Assembly: GCA_045648125.1 (NCBI GenBank)
Contig: JAZRNJ010000275.1
Span: forward strand, 1-33,378
DNA length: 33,378 nt
Reading direction: 5' to 3'
From: Acutalibacteraceae bacterium
GTDB lineage: Bacteria; Bacillota; Clostridia; Oscillospirales; Acutalibacteraceae
Shown here: piece after piece, positions 1 to 8,375 of the stretch
Layout: each line of letters starts with the position of its first letter
Position numbering within the stretch: the stretch's first letter is position 1
Notes under the pieces: generated by a model
The model's input: the letters and a program-made list of their open reading frames with translations, nothing else
What the model was told of the DNA's origin: nothing
Database searches by the model: none
Made by a program: the position numbers and the translations under genes

Positions 1-921
1 CATTCTGAGGTGACCGTCTTTGAATCCTGTGCACCACCAATAAGTGTCGTAGGGTCTTGTAAACTCTCTTTTCCATGTGCCATTCATTTCTTCGTGGTAA
101 AGAGTCATTTCCATTTTAACCCAGTCTTCTGTAGGAGGACAATTGTAGAAAGTGAAGAAGTTGTCTTTTTCACCTGTGTGAGGCTTGTTGTAAATACCGA
201 TTTCACAACCGTAGAAGATAAGACCGTACTGTCCTTTCCACAGCTGAATCATCCAGTCTTTACCTTCGTATTCAAAGAAAACTCGTACATAGTCATATTC
301 AAGGAGAATGTAAGGAGCAGCGAAGTCATAAATGGGACCATATCCGAAATCGTACTGCCATGCTTCCTTATCGTTTGTGTAGTAATAGTCATCTATATAA
401 CTGTACTGATAACTGAGAAGTTGCTGACCTTCAAGGAAATCTTTGATGAAGTTTGTAGATGTTACAACGTTGAGAGCATAACTTGCACTGAGTGTTTCAC
501 CATTGATAACGCAAGATGCAGTGATGATTGCTTTGCCGGCTGCGATACCTTTTACTTCACCGTTTTCGTTTACTGTTGCGATTTTTTCATCTGAAGAAGA
601 CCATGTAATTACAGGCTGTTCTTCAACACCTGTTACAGTTGCTGTAAGATGGATTGTTTTTCTTTTTGTAACAGAAAGGTGGTCACTTGAAATTGAAATT
701 TCAGGTTTTACAACTTCTTCTGAAGGACCATCGGGTGTTTCACCGGGAGTCACTTCGCTTCCATCTTCGTTTACATCGGGGGTTTCTCCACCTTCGGGTG
801 TTACGATTTCTGTTTCACCTGTCAGTTCATCAATTGCTGTTGCTGTTAAGGCAGCAAAAGAAGAGCAGAGTGTTAACATTACAAGAATGATTGAGATTAC
901 TTTTACAGTAAATTTTTTCAA
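1..921 (-). CDS. Secreted Big_2 (bacterial Ig-like) domain protein, C-terminus cut by window edge
   Basis: Absent from the ORF track because it runs off the window. The reverse strand reads GGAGG (935-931), 9 nt, TTG (921-919), then LKKFTVKVISIILVMLTLCSSFAALTATA (signal peptide). A Pro/Glu/Thr-rich linker and a Big_2-type repeat follow (LSVTKRKTIHLTATVTG..ITWSSSDEKIATVNENGEVKGIAAGKAIITAS). The C-terminal part is aromatic-rich (WQYDFGYGPIYDF..WMIQLWKGQYG) and tentatively DUF4474-like. The frame stays open to position 1. Plus-strand ORFs 10..594 and 503..991 are its antisense shadows. Confidence 0.7.
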   Translation of the reverse strand, partial: MKKFTVKVISIILVMLTLCSSFAALTATAIDELTGETEIVTPEGGETPDVNEDGSEVTPGETPDGPSEEVVKPEISISSDHLSVTKRKTIHLTATVTGVEEQPVITWSSSDEKIATVNENGEVKGIAAGKAIITASCVINGETLSASYALNVVTSTNFIKDFLEGQQLLSYQYSYIDDYYYTNDKEAWQYDFGYGPIYDFAAPYILLEYDYVRVFFEYEGKDWMIQLWKGQYGLIFYGCEIGIYNKPHTGEKDNFFTFYNCPPTEDWVKMEMTLYHEEMNGTWKREFTRPYDTYWWCTGFKDGHLRM

Positions 922-1001
922 ATTTTACAACCTCCCAAAATCAATTAACAAAATTTTACCATATTATATGTGGAAAATCAACAAATATTAAGGGGCGCGG
1001 T

Positions 1002-2303
1002 TTAGTTTGCTTTTTCGGCATTTTTCTTTGCAATATGTTCATCACGTGCACTGATTCTGCCTTCTTTCCTGATATCACCGGCTTTGGTAAGAGCAACTTT
1101 TGTAAGGAAGGGACCGACGATTTCGTAAATGAGAACTGCAAAAAGTGTAATGTTTCTGACAATTGCACCGTCAGGGCCGAGTTCAACTGCCTTGATTGCC
1201 ATACCAAGTGCAACACCCGCCTGAGGAAGAAGTGTAATACCAAGATATTTTATAATGTTATCATCACAATTGGTCATTCTTGCACTTATTCCTGCACCGA
1301 AATATTTACCCACAGAACGTGAAAGAATGTAGGTTGCGCCGATTACTACAACGGCCCAGTCTGCAAAAACTGAAAGGTCAAGTTCAGCACCGCTGATAAC
1401 GAAGAAGAGGATAAGAATGGGAGCGGTCCATCTGTCAGCTCTGTCCATAAGTTCTTCCGAAACATCGCATTCATTGCAGAATACCGTACCCAACATCATA
1501 CATGCAAGAAGTGAAGAGAAACCTATGTGAATACCGCCTACTTTAAATTTAAGGCATGAAATTGCAACAGTCATCATAACAAAAGTTACTGAAACTGCCA
1601 TACGTTTTGAACGTGAATGGAAGAATTTTTCGCAGAAAGTGAAAAGATTTCCCATGATAAAACCAAGCAGAAGTGAAAGAATTACTTCAAGCAATGGTTC
1701 AAGCAGAACTGAAAGCAGGTCAACTGCACCTGTGCTGAGAGATTTTGCAACACCGAATGAAATTGCAAAAACTACAAGGCCTACTGCGTCATCAAGAGCA
1801 ACAACAGGAAGAAGAATGTCTGTTACAGGACCTTTTGCTTTGTACTGTTTTACAACCATAAGTGTTGCTGCAGGTGCTGTGGCAGTTGCAACTGCACCTA
1901 AAACGATTGCTGCAGGGAGGGTGAGTTTATCGGGCATGAGGAAATGGAGACCGATTAAAACTGCGTCAACAATTGCTGTTGTGAAAACGGCTTGAAAAAC
2001 ACCGATTACGGTTGCTTGTTTGCCTATCTGTTTCAGATGTGCAAGGCGGAATTCATTACCCATTGAAAAAGCGATGAAACCTAAAGCAACGTCCGAAATG
2101 ATTCCGAATCCTTCAATTTGTTCGTGGGTAATGCCGATTCCGTGAATACCCAATGAGCCTAAAATAAAAGGACCGATAAGTACGCCTGCAACAAGGTATG
2201 CCGTAACGGCAGGGAGTTGAACTTTCTTTGCAAGTCTTGAAAGAAGAAGACCTGAAAGCAAAGCGATTGACAGGCTTAAAAGGATACTTGCTGTTTCTGA
2301 CAT
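1002..2303 (-). CDS. Cation:proton antiporter (Na+/H+ exchanger family, CPA-type)
   Basis: 433-aa polytopic membrane protein. The N-terminus LLSLSIALLSGLLLSRLAKKVQLPAVTAYLVAGVLIGP is typical of the Na_H_Exchanger family. SD gaaagaagg precedes the ATG. Confidence 0.85.
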   Translation of the reverse strand: MSETASILLSLSIALLSGLLLSRLAKKVQLPAVTAYLVAGVLIGPFILGSLGIHGIGITHEQIEGFGIISDVALGFIAFSMGNEFRLAHLKQIGKQATVIGVFQAVFTTAIVDAVLIGLHFLMPDKLTLPAAIVLGAVATATAPAATLMVVKQYKAKGPVTDILLPVVALDDAVGLVVFAISFGVAKSLSTGAVDLLSVLLEPLLEVILSLLLGFIMGNLFTFCEKFFHSRSKRMAVSVTFVMMTVAISCLKFKVGGIHIGFSSLLACMMLGTVFCNECDVSEELMDRADRWTAPILILFFVISGAELDLSVFADWAVVVIGATYILSRSVGKYFGAGISARMTNCDDNIIKYLGITLLPQAGVALGMAIKAVELGPDGAIVRNITLFAVLIYEIVGPFLTKVALTKAGDIRKEGRISARDEHIAKKNAEKAN

Positions 2304-2421
2304 TTTTTATGCCTTCTTTCAATTAAAATAAATATCATTAAAAAGCATGTTATTTTACCATAATTTATCAATTTAAGTCAATTGTAATACAGTATATTCT
2401 TTTGGGGTTTATTTGCTAAAA

Positions 2422-2464
2422 AAACGGAACTTTTGACCAATTTTAAAGGTCAGAAGTTCCGTTT
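2422..2464 (-). terminator. Intrinsic terminator downstream of the oxidoreductase gene
   Basis: Stem aaacggaacttttgacc / ggtcagaagttccgttt (one mismatch). On the minus strand it is followed by a T7 run. Confidence 0.6.
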
Positions 2465-2471
2465 GATGCTG

Positions 2472-3716
2472 TTATTCTTTTTCACCTGTGATTTTCAGAT
2501 AATTATTGAGCTTTTCCTCATCAAGAACATAATCAGTTTTTGAACAGCAGGGGATGTCAGGCTCACTTCCGTCTTTTTTGAAGAAAGGAGAAGTAAAATC
2601 ATTTTCCCATTTTTTGCAGTCTTCTTCATTTCTGAAATCAGGGATGTCATAAGGCATACCTTTTTCAAGAATACTGCGATGAGCAAGAATTGCAACAGAA
2701 GCCATAGTTGTTGCAAAATGCGCGTCAAAAACGGGCTTTCTGCCTGTGCGGATGCAGTCGAAAAATTCTTTTATTACAAAGAAGTCGCCACCGCCATGAC
2801 CTGCTTTTTCTGCAAGTTCTTTGTCAACTTCCTCCCATTCAGGGTCATAGCAGTTGATTTCTTCTCTGCCTTCAGGAATCTGCCATGAATTATATCTGAG
2901 CATAACTTTTTCGCCCATACCTCTTAAATTTTCAATCTGACCGTTCTGACAACAGATTCTGTATGAGTTGCCGTGAGCACCGAAACCGGCACATCCTGTA
3001 ACTCTGAAAACAGAGTCGTCATCGTTGAGGGTTGTTATTATTGCTGCTCTGTCAGCAACAGGTGAGCCGAGAGTTTTGTATTCATCAAAGGGTGAAAAAC
3101 AAGCCAGAGCAGTAACTCTTTTCGGAAAAGCACCTGTAATATTCATCAGGGGTGCTAATGAATGAGTTATGTAATATGAACGGGGCAGACGGTTTCTCCA
3201 ATGCTTGAAATAAGGTCTGAGCATTGCGTGGTCTGCAGTGTTGTCGTAGTCAAAGGGATGATTATATTCTCCCTCAGCAAAGAGAACTTTACCGAGAGTA
3301 CCGTCCTCGTATACTTTTTTCATTTCCTGATTGAAAAGCATGTAGGGATAGTTTTCGGCAAGCATGTACATTCCCTTGCTTTTCTTTGCTGCTCTCATGA
3401 GCTGAACACCTTCACCCATAGTGGCGTTACTTGTACATTCACTGAGCACATGAAGGTCTTTTTCAAGGGTACGGATAACGAAAGGAGTATGTTCATGGAA
3501 ACAGTTTGCAATAAAAACTGCATCCATATCATGCTCAATAAATTCATCAAAATCATTATATCCTTTTGTACTGTTACCGAGATAATCAAGAGCTTCACTG
3601 AGCTTTTTATCATCTCTTTCGCAGATTGCAACAATTTCTCCGTTGTTGTTGGTAATGTTATCGAAATAGTTACTGCCTCTGCCGAGACCGAAAACGCCGA
3701 TTCTGATTTTTTTCAT
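2472..3716 (-). CDS. Gfo/Idh/MocA family oxidoreductase
   Basis: N-terminal Rossmann motif MKKIRIGVFGLGRGS, a 414-aa length and overall layout typical of the family. SD aagagg. Confidence 0.85.
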   Translation of the reverse strand: MKKIRIGVFGLGRGSNYFDNITNNNGEIVAICERDDKKLSEALDYLGNSTKGYNDFDEFIEHDMDAVFIANCFHEHTPFVIRTLEKDLHVLSECTSNATMGEGVQLMRAAKKSKGMYMLAENYPYMLFNQEMKKVYEDGTLGKVLFAEGEYNHPFDYDNTADHAMLRPYFKHWRNRLPRSYYITHSLAPLMNITGAFPKRVTALACFSPFDEYKTLGSPVADRAAIITTLNDDDSVFRVTGCAGFGAHGNSYRICCQNGQIENLRGMGEKVMLRYNSWQIPEGREEINCYDPEWEEVDKELAEKAGHGGGDFFVIKEFFDCIRTGRKPVFDAHFATTMASVAILAHRSILEKGMPYDIPDFRNEEDCKKWENDFTSPFFKKDGSEPDIPCCSKTDYVLDEEKLNNYLKITGEKE

Positions 3717-3818
3717 AAGAAAGACCTCTTTTCATATTGTGTGAAGATTTTTCTGAGTCGTTTTGCTGAGTATATATTTTATCACAAAGAAAGAAGCAAG
3801 TCAATTTTGGTAAGTCAG

Positions 3819-4787
3819 TTACCAGGTAAGTATAATTTCCGGATTTTCAAAGATTTCATCAAGTTTTTTAATGAAAGGGACAAGGTCTTTTGCACCGCCG
3901 ATTTTATGGTCAAAACTCAGTGATATGGGCAGGATTTTTTTAGTGCCAAGCTGTAAATTGCCGTTTTCATCTTTATATACATATTCCGTGTCTCTTGTTC
4001 TGCCGGTTGCAAAAAGAAAAACCTGAGGGTACAAAACGGGAATATACGTAATGTTTACGTTGAGATTGTCGTAAAGTGGTCCCCAGTTACTGAAACATAC
4101 GGTTCCTTCGTTCAGTTCTTCAAGCTTCAGACCATCGGGAGAAGTGAAGCTTTTCTTTCCTGTAAGTTTAAGGAAATCTGATTTCAGCGATTCTGTAAGG
4201 TGAATAGCTCTGCCTTTCCCGAAACATGCTCCGATAGTCTGACAAAATGAAGAAAGAAATTTTCCTCTCAAAAGGTCTCCTACAACACGCTGTCTTGAAA
4301 CCTCGTACATTGTATCCTCAAGGTCTGTGTTTCGGAGTCTTCGCTGAGCATCTTCTGCAAGAAAAGCTGTTTCTTCCAGATTTTTGTCTTCAAGATTCAT
4401 GATTTTTACCTGAAAGGTTTTCTCCTCTTCAAGGCTAATTGCCATTGAAACGTTAATATGTTTTTTTATTATCAGTTTTCCTGAGGTTGCACGATGATTA
4501 TATTTGAAATGAGCGTTCAGTTTTGGTGCAACTTTCAAACCTTCAACAAGTATTTTTAACATTAGTGAGTTGAAGGTAAGTCTGTAGCCGCATTCTGAAC
4601 GGAATTTTTCGAAAACCTCAATGAGTTTAGTTACATCAGCTTCATAAGTGCAGGAAACACCGGGGATGTTTCTCTGAGAATTGACAAGCACATTACTTGT
4701 CATTTTTTCACCCAGACTCATGTATTTGATTATGTCGCCCTCTTCAGCATCAAGTCCTGACTTTTTGATGTATTCTTTAAGGTTCAT
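3819..4787 (-). CDS. 2-oxoacid dehydrogenase acyltransferase catalytic-domain protein (no lipoyl or E3-binding domains)
   Basis: C-terminal SLSFDHKIGGAKDLVPFIKKL matches the E2 catalytic His motif (DHRxxDG), here as the variant DHKIGGA. At 322 aa it corresponds to the catalytic domain only. Confidence 0.65.
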   Translation of the reverse strand: MNLKEYIKKSGLDAEEGDIIKYMSLGEKMTSNVLVNSQRNIPGVSCTYEADVTKLIEVFEKFRSECGYRLTFNSLMLKILVEGLKVAPKLNAHFKYNHRATSGKLIIKKHINVSMAISLEEEKTFQVKIMNLEDKNLEETAFLAEDAQRRLRNTDLEDTMYEVSRQRVVGDLLRGKFLSSFCQTIGACFGKGRAIHLTESLKSDFLKLTGKKSFTSPDGLKLEELNEGTVCFSNWGPLYDNLNVNITYIPVLYPQVFLFATGRTRDTEYVYKDENGNLQLGTKKILPISLSFDHKIGGAKDLVPFIKKLDEIFENPEIILTW

Positions 4788-4834
4788 TTTTTTACCTGCT
4801 TTCGGGAGTTTTTATTAAACATTGCTATGAAATT

Positions 4835-4866
4835 AAAATCCCATTCGTGTGTACGAACGGGATTTT
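4835..4866 (-). terminator. Hairpin plus T-run immediately 3' of the tRNA fragment (native tRNA terminator)
   Basis: aaaatcccattcg / cgaacgggatttt (one mismatch). On the minus strand it is followed by TTTTAATTT. Confidence 0.5.
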
Positions 4867-4867
4867 C

Positions 4868-4927
4868 TGGCGGAGAGCAAGGGATTCGAACCCTCGAACA
4901 GGCTTTGACCTGTTACACGATTTCCAA
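4868..4927 (-). tRNA. 3' fragment of tRNA-Ser(GGA), anticodon loop to CCA; duplicated att core, not a functional tRNA
   Basis: The minus strand reads TTGGAAATCGTG-(variable arm AACAGGTCAAAGCCTGTT)-C-GAGGGTTCGAATCCCTT-GCTCTCCGCCA. This covers the anticodon loop (GGA), 3' anticodon stem, long variable arm, T-arm and 3' acceptor with CCA. The required 5' acceptor GGAGAGC, the D-arm and the 5' anticodon stem (CACGA) are absent upstream, where the sequence is ...AAAGCCC. Confidence 0.75.
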
Positions 4928-4974
4928 GGGCTTTGATTTTGAGTAATATCAAGGTTTCTTAATTATGTGTGGCA

Positions 4975-6027
4975 TTATCCGTGGCAACGAATTTCATTGG
5001 ATAAAAATTCGTTCAGTTTAGACTTCGCCTCGTCTCTACGCTCTTGTCTGATATGGATATAGATTTCCTTCGTGAGAGATATTTTGGCGTGTCCCATGAT
5101 ATTTTGTAAGTCTTTTTCATCAAGATTTGCATCGAAACACAAAGTTGCAAAATAGTGTCTGAGCTGATGTGATGTGCAGGAGATTCCTGCATCTTTTCTG
5201 TACTTAGAATATGCTTTGTCGAAACGTCCTTTATTGATAAGTTCACCGTCAACGGTAAAGATGAAGCCTGTTTGTTTATCTGCCCCGTGTTGTATGAGAA
5301 TATTTTTCAGAGGAAACAGAAGCGGGATAGTTCTCAATCCTGCGGCACTTTTCAGACTGGTCCTCAGAACGGGCTTGTTACTCTCGAAAATAAGTGCTTT
5401 ATTTACACTTATAGTGTCTGAATTGAAGTTTATATCCTCGAATTTAAGTGCCAGAGCCTCTTCTCTGCGTAAACCTGTGTACATCAGCAAGTTACAGTAT
5501 AAACCCATTAAACCGTCAGTATGAGCCTTTATTGCCAAGATTTCACTATCTGTCGGAATTGTTCTTGCTGTTGTATGAGCTTTTTTTGGAACTTTACAGA
5601 CGGAAATTGGGTTATATGAAACAATTTCGTTGAATATTGCATAGTTAAAAATTTGATTCATAACAATCTTTCTCAGATTTATTGTATGCTTTGCATAACC
5701 TCTGTCAGCCATTCTTTCAAGGAACTGCTGAAACATAATTGATGTAATATCAGTGAGCAATAACTCACCAAATTCTTCTTTCAGGTCCTTTAATGGTGCT
5801 TTGTAACCATCTGATGTATAGTGCTGTATTTCCTTGTCGTGAGCTTCTTCCCATTCATCAGCAATATTGCTGAAGTTCTTTGTGAATTTTCTTCTGATTT
5901 CCTCTTCAACTTTCTTTTGTTTCTCTACGAACTCCTGATGCGTTCTGTAGGATATGGTTCTTCTTACTTTTTCTCCATCAACATCAATAGTGATTTTTGA
6001 GAATTTGCGTTCTTTTTTCTTTGCCAT
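4975..6027 (-). CDS. int: Tyrosine recombinase / phage integrase
   Basis: Catalytic motifs GLRREEALAL, HQLRHYF and GHAKISLTKEIYIH. Start placed at ATG 6027 (MAKKKERKF) behind AGGAGGAG; the ORF-track start at 6075 has no SD. Confidence 0.9.
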   Translation of the reverse strand: MAKKKERKFSKITIDVDGEKVRRTISYRTHQEFVEKQKKVEEEIRRKFTKNFSNIADEWEEAHDKEIQHYTSDGYKAPLKDLKEEFGELLLTDITSIMFQQFLERMADRGYAKHTINLRKIVMNQIFNYAIFNEIVSYNPISVCKVPKKAHTTARTIPTDSEILAIKAHTDGLMGLYCNLLMYTGLRREEALALKFEDINFNSDTISVNKALIFESNKPVLRTSLKSAAGLRTIPLLFPLKNILIQHGADKQTGFIFTVDGELINKGRFDKAYSKYRKDAGISCTSHQLRHYFATLCFDANLDEKDLQNIMGHAKISLTKEIYIHIRQERRDEAKSKLNEFLSNEIRCHG

Positions 6028-6189
6028 TTTATCTCTCCTCCTTGATTTTTGCGTGTAAATATGATAAAATGACAAAGCAATGCCATTTCATCTCTTTTGG
6101 TTTAGGGTGGATGTTATTGCACTCCCTTGTCGGTTGCCGCCGGCAGGGGAATTTTTTATTGTTTTCCTCGGTGTTGCCGCACCGGAGTT

Positions 6190-6894
6190 TTATGCAAATT
6201 CAATTGGTATCTCAGAATCTATCTTTTCGTGAAAGCCCTCGACAGAAACACCGTCGATAGGGGTAAGTGAAGTTGTTATTATTTCTTCAGCAAATGTTCC
6301 AGTGTAATTTGATGCAAGCAGCATTTGTTTCGGAAGCCAATATGCATCAGTTCCATTTGTTTGGAATGAAAGAACAAAATGATTGAAATCTGAACGAGGT
6401 CGAGGTGGTAAATTATCTCCGGCATCGTAAATGTAGTAATAATACTCACCATTTACTTTAGTGGTATAGTTACATTCGATTCTCACTTTATACTGCGTTG
6501 GTTTTTCTTTAAGGTCCTCTAAACTGTCGATCACGTCAGGTGTTTTGTATTCATAAACACCAACAATCGTCGCCTTAAGTGAATGTATAATTAACTCATT
6601 CTCAACTCTTTCTGCATAAGCATCAAATTCCGAGCCAACATAACCGTATCTTTTATATGTGTATGTATCAAAGGGAATTTCAATTTTTGTTCCAACAAGT
6701 TCATGTTCAGTTTTTTCTTCGTCTGAAGAATTGTTGAGGTTAACAATCTGATTTTCAAGAACAGACACATCTTCCTGTAGTTCAGACACTTGACTTTCAA
6801 GTGTTTCAACACGTGTTTCAATGGTTTTGTCAACAACAGCATATCCTGTTGTGCCAAGTATAAGTGCCATAAGACTAACAAAGAACTTCTTCAT
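6190..6894 (-). CDS. Signal-anchored extracytoplasmic protein with coiled-coil (lysogeny-module accessory gene)
   Basis: Start placed at ATG 6894 (MKKFFVSLMALILGTTGYAVV) behind AGGAGG. One N-terminal hydrophobic helix, with no Cys and so no lipobox. A heptad region follows (VETLESQVSELQEDVSVLENQIVNL), then a Tyr-rich beta-type domain. I recognise no family. Confidence 0.6.
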   Translation of the reverse strand: MKKFFVSLMALILGTTGYAVVDKTIETRVETLESQVSELQEDVSVLENQIVNLNNSSDEEKTEHELVGTKIEIPFDTYTYKRYGYVGSEFDAYAERVENELIIHSLKATIVGVYEYKTPDVIDSLEDLKEKPTQYKVRIECNYTTKVNGEYYYYIYDAGDNLPPRPRSDFNHFVLSFQTNGTDAYWLPKQMLLASNYTGTFAEEIITTSLTPIDGVSVEGFHEKIDSEIPIEFA

Positions 6895-6981
6895 TTTTAA
6901 ACCTCCTAAAGTTATATTTTCCAATATTTACCTGTATACACAGGCTACAACACCTCTTTATAATTTTAGAGAGGTGATTTT

Positions 6982-7536
6982 ATGAATTATAAAGACTATC
7001 AGAAAACAAGGGATGTAGTCTGGAAACTTCTGATTGACCTGGAAGTTTCAGAACTGCCTGTTCCGATAGTGAAAATTTGCAGAGAGTTAGGAATAAAGGT
7101 CAAATATTTCAACTTGTCAGAAGAAACGGATGGCGTGAGCCTGTTTATTGAAGGTGTTCCGTATATTTTGATTGACAGGAAAGTATCCCCGGAACGGCAA
7201 CGGTTCACTATCGCTCATGAACTGGGTCATATCCTTTTAGGACACGTGGGGAAATACAACCTTGTAAACCGTGAAATTACTCCGTCTGACAATCCGATTG
7301 AACAGGCAGCGAATGTGTTTGCCAGCAGGTTGCTTGCTCCTGCGTGTGTGCTGTGGGGATGCGGAGTGACAAAAGCTCAACAAATAGCAAAAATGTGCCA
7401 CATAAGCAAAACTGCATCAGAGTACCGAATGGAAAGAATGACCGTTCTGTATCAGAGAAACAAGTTCCTTTCCTCTCCTTTGGAAAAGCGGGTATTCACA
7501 CAATTTGAAAATTACATAAAAAATAACAAATTTTAA
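6982..7536 (+). CDS. ImmA/IrrE family metallo-endopeptidase (anti-repressor protease)
   Basis: HEXXH motif in FTIAHELGHILLGH, a 184-aa size typical of DUF955/ImmA proteins, SD GAGAGGTG, and a position beside an XRE repressor. Confidence 0.85.
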   Translation: MNYKDYQKTRDVVWKLLIDLEVSELPVPIVKICRELGIKVKYFNLSEETDGVSLFIEGVPYILIDRKVSPERQRFTIAHELGHILLGHVGKYNLVNREITPSDNPIEQAANVFASRLLAPACVLWGCGVTKAQQIAKMCHISKTASEYRMERMTVLYQRNKFLSSPLEKRVFTQFENYIKNNKF

Positions 7537-7958
7537 ATGTCTTCATCAACATCGGAAGAATTTATAATTTCTTCAACCTGGTCGCTCGTAAGGCTGACAA
7601 CACCATTGTCGCCGTTTCGGGCGGCTTTTTTTGTTATATATACTTTTTCATCAATGTCGAGAAGTCTGTCAACGGATTTTTGCATATCAGGATGATTTCT
7701 ATAGGAGAAAATTACTTTTTTTTCGTGGGGTGTGAGGGTTGAAATTTCATCAGTTGTATCACAATAGTCACTGTAAAACCTTTCAACGCTAACGTTTAAA
7801 GCTCGACATATTTTTAACAACACTTCGAAATCAATTTTCATATTATCTCTTTTTATAATGCTGTAAAGGGTTTGATTACTTACACCTATCATATTTGAAA
7901 GTTCATTAACATTTGTTCCTTTTTCATCCAATATCAACTGTAAAGTTTTGCCTATCAT
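7533..7958 (-). CDS. XRE-family HTH repressor (CI-like)
   Basis: Start placed at ATG 7958 (MIGKTLQLILDEKGTNVNELSNMIGVSNQTLYSIIKRDN, an HTH_3 motif) behind GAGGTGA. The C-terminal domain is a possible ImmA cleavage target. Confidence 0.8.
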   Translation of the reverse strand: MIGKTLQLILDEKGTNVNELSNMIGVSNQTLYSIIKRDNMKIDFEVLLKICRALNVSVERFYSDYCDTTDEISTLTPHEKKVIFSYRNHPDMQKSVDRLLDIDEKVYITKKAARNGDNGVVSLTSDQVEEIINSSDVDEDI

Positions 7959-7986
7959 TGCACTCACCTCATATTTTCTAATATAG

Positions 7987-8015
7987 AGACTATCACAATT
8001 TTTTATGATTGTCAA
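7987..8015 (-). promoter_or_regulatory. Leftward (repressor) promoter candidate
   Basis: Minus strand: TTGACA (8015-8010), 17 nt, TGaTAGTCT extended -10 (hexamer at 7992-7987). Confidence 0.4.
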
Positions 8016-8045
8016 TAAATTTTTATGAAATCTCATAAAAAACTG

Positions 8046-8074
8046 TTGACAAATTATGCAAACGAATATATAAT
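8046..8074 (+). promoter_or_regulatory. Rightward early promoter (consensus sigma-A type)
   Basis: TTGACA (8046-8051), exactly 17 nt, TATAAT (8069-8074). It lies 40 nt upstream of the Cro-like gene and is flanked by palindromes at 8021-8040 and 8086-8101. Confidence 0.7.
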
Positions 8075-8114
8075 GAACTCAAAAGTTATGCAAATGCATA
8101 AAGGAGGTGTGAAA

Positions 8115-8321
8115 ATGTACGAGAATTTAGAAATTGAAATGACAAGAAACAAGGTTACAAAAAGAGCAATAGCAAATCACTTAGGAATTCACGAAAACTC
8201 TTTAAGTTACAAACTGACTCATGGTTCAATTTCAATCGAGGAAGCGTTTGAAATCAAGAGACAATTTTTTCCTAATTTTGAATTGTCCTATTTGTTTGCT
8301 ACCAAATCGCAATCTGCTTAA
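8115..8321 (+). CDS. Cro-like small HTH regulator
   Basis: Start at ATG 8115 behind AAAGGAGGTG. The 68-aa product contains VTKRAIANHLGIHENSLSYKL (HTH). It is divergent from the repressor. Confidence 0.65.
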   Translation: MYENLEIEMTRNKVTKRAIANHLGIHENSLSYKLTHGSISIEEAFEIKRQFFPNFELSYLFATKSQSA

Positions 8322-8375
8322 TCTTATCCTGGAAGTGACAGTATGAAAACCAACAAACAACAGGAGGTGAGAAAA

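Noticed and set aside
10-991. Plus-strand ORFs 10..594, 503..991 and 687..890
   Set aside because: Their translations are Phe/Cys/Val-rich nonsense with no SD. The opposite strand encodes a coherent signal-peptide plus Big_2 protein, so these are antisense shadows.
3201-3923. 240-aa plus-strand ORF
   Set aside because: It lies entirely antisense to the well-supported Gfo/Idh/MocA gene, has low-complexity hydrophobic composition, and has no SD.
4928-4974. Weak inverted repeat (ctttgat / atcaagg) as an integrase terminator or arm site
   Set aside because: It has only 6/7 bp and no T-run, which is insufficient evidence.
8025-8114. N-terminal extensions given by the ORF track (e.g. 8025, 8343, 9193, 9617, 10950, 15979, 18167, 20311, 24511, 27186)
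   Set aside because: The extensions overlap upstream genes or promoters and lack SD sequences. Internal starts with strong SDs give proteins that begin at recognisable family N-termini.
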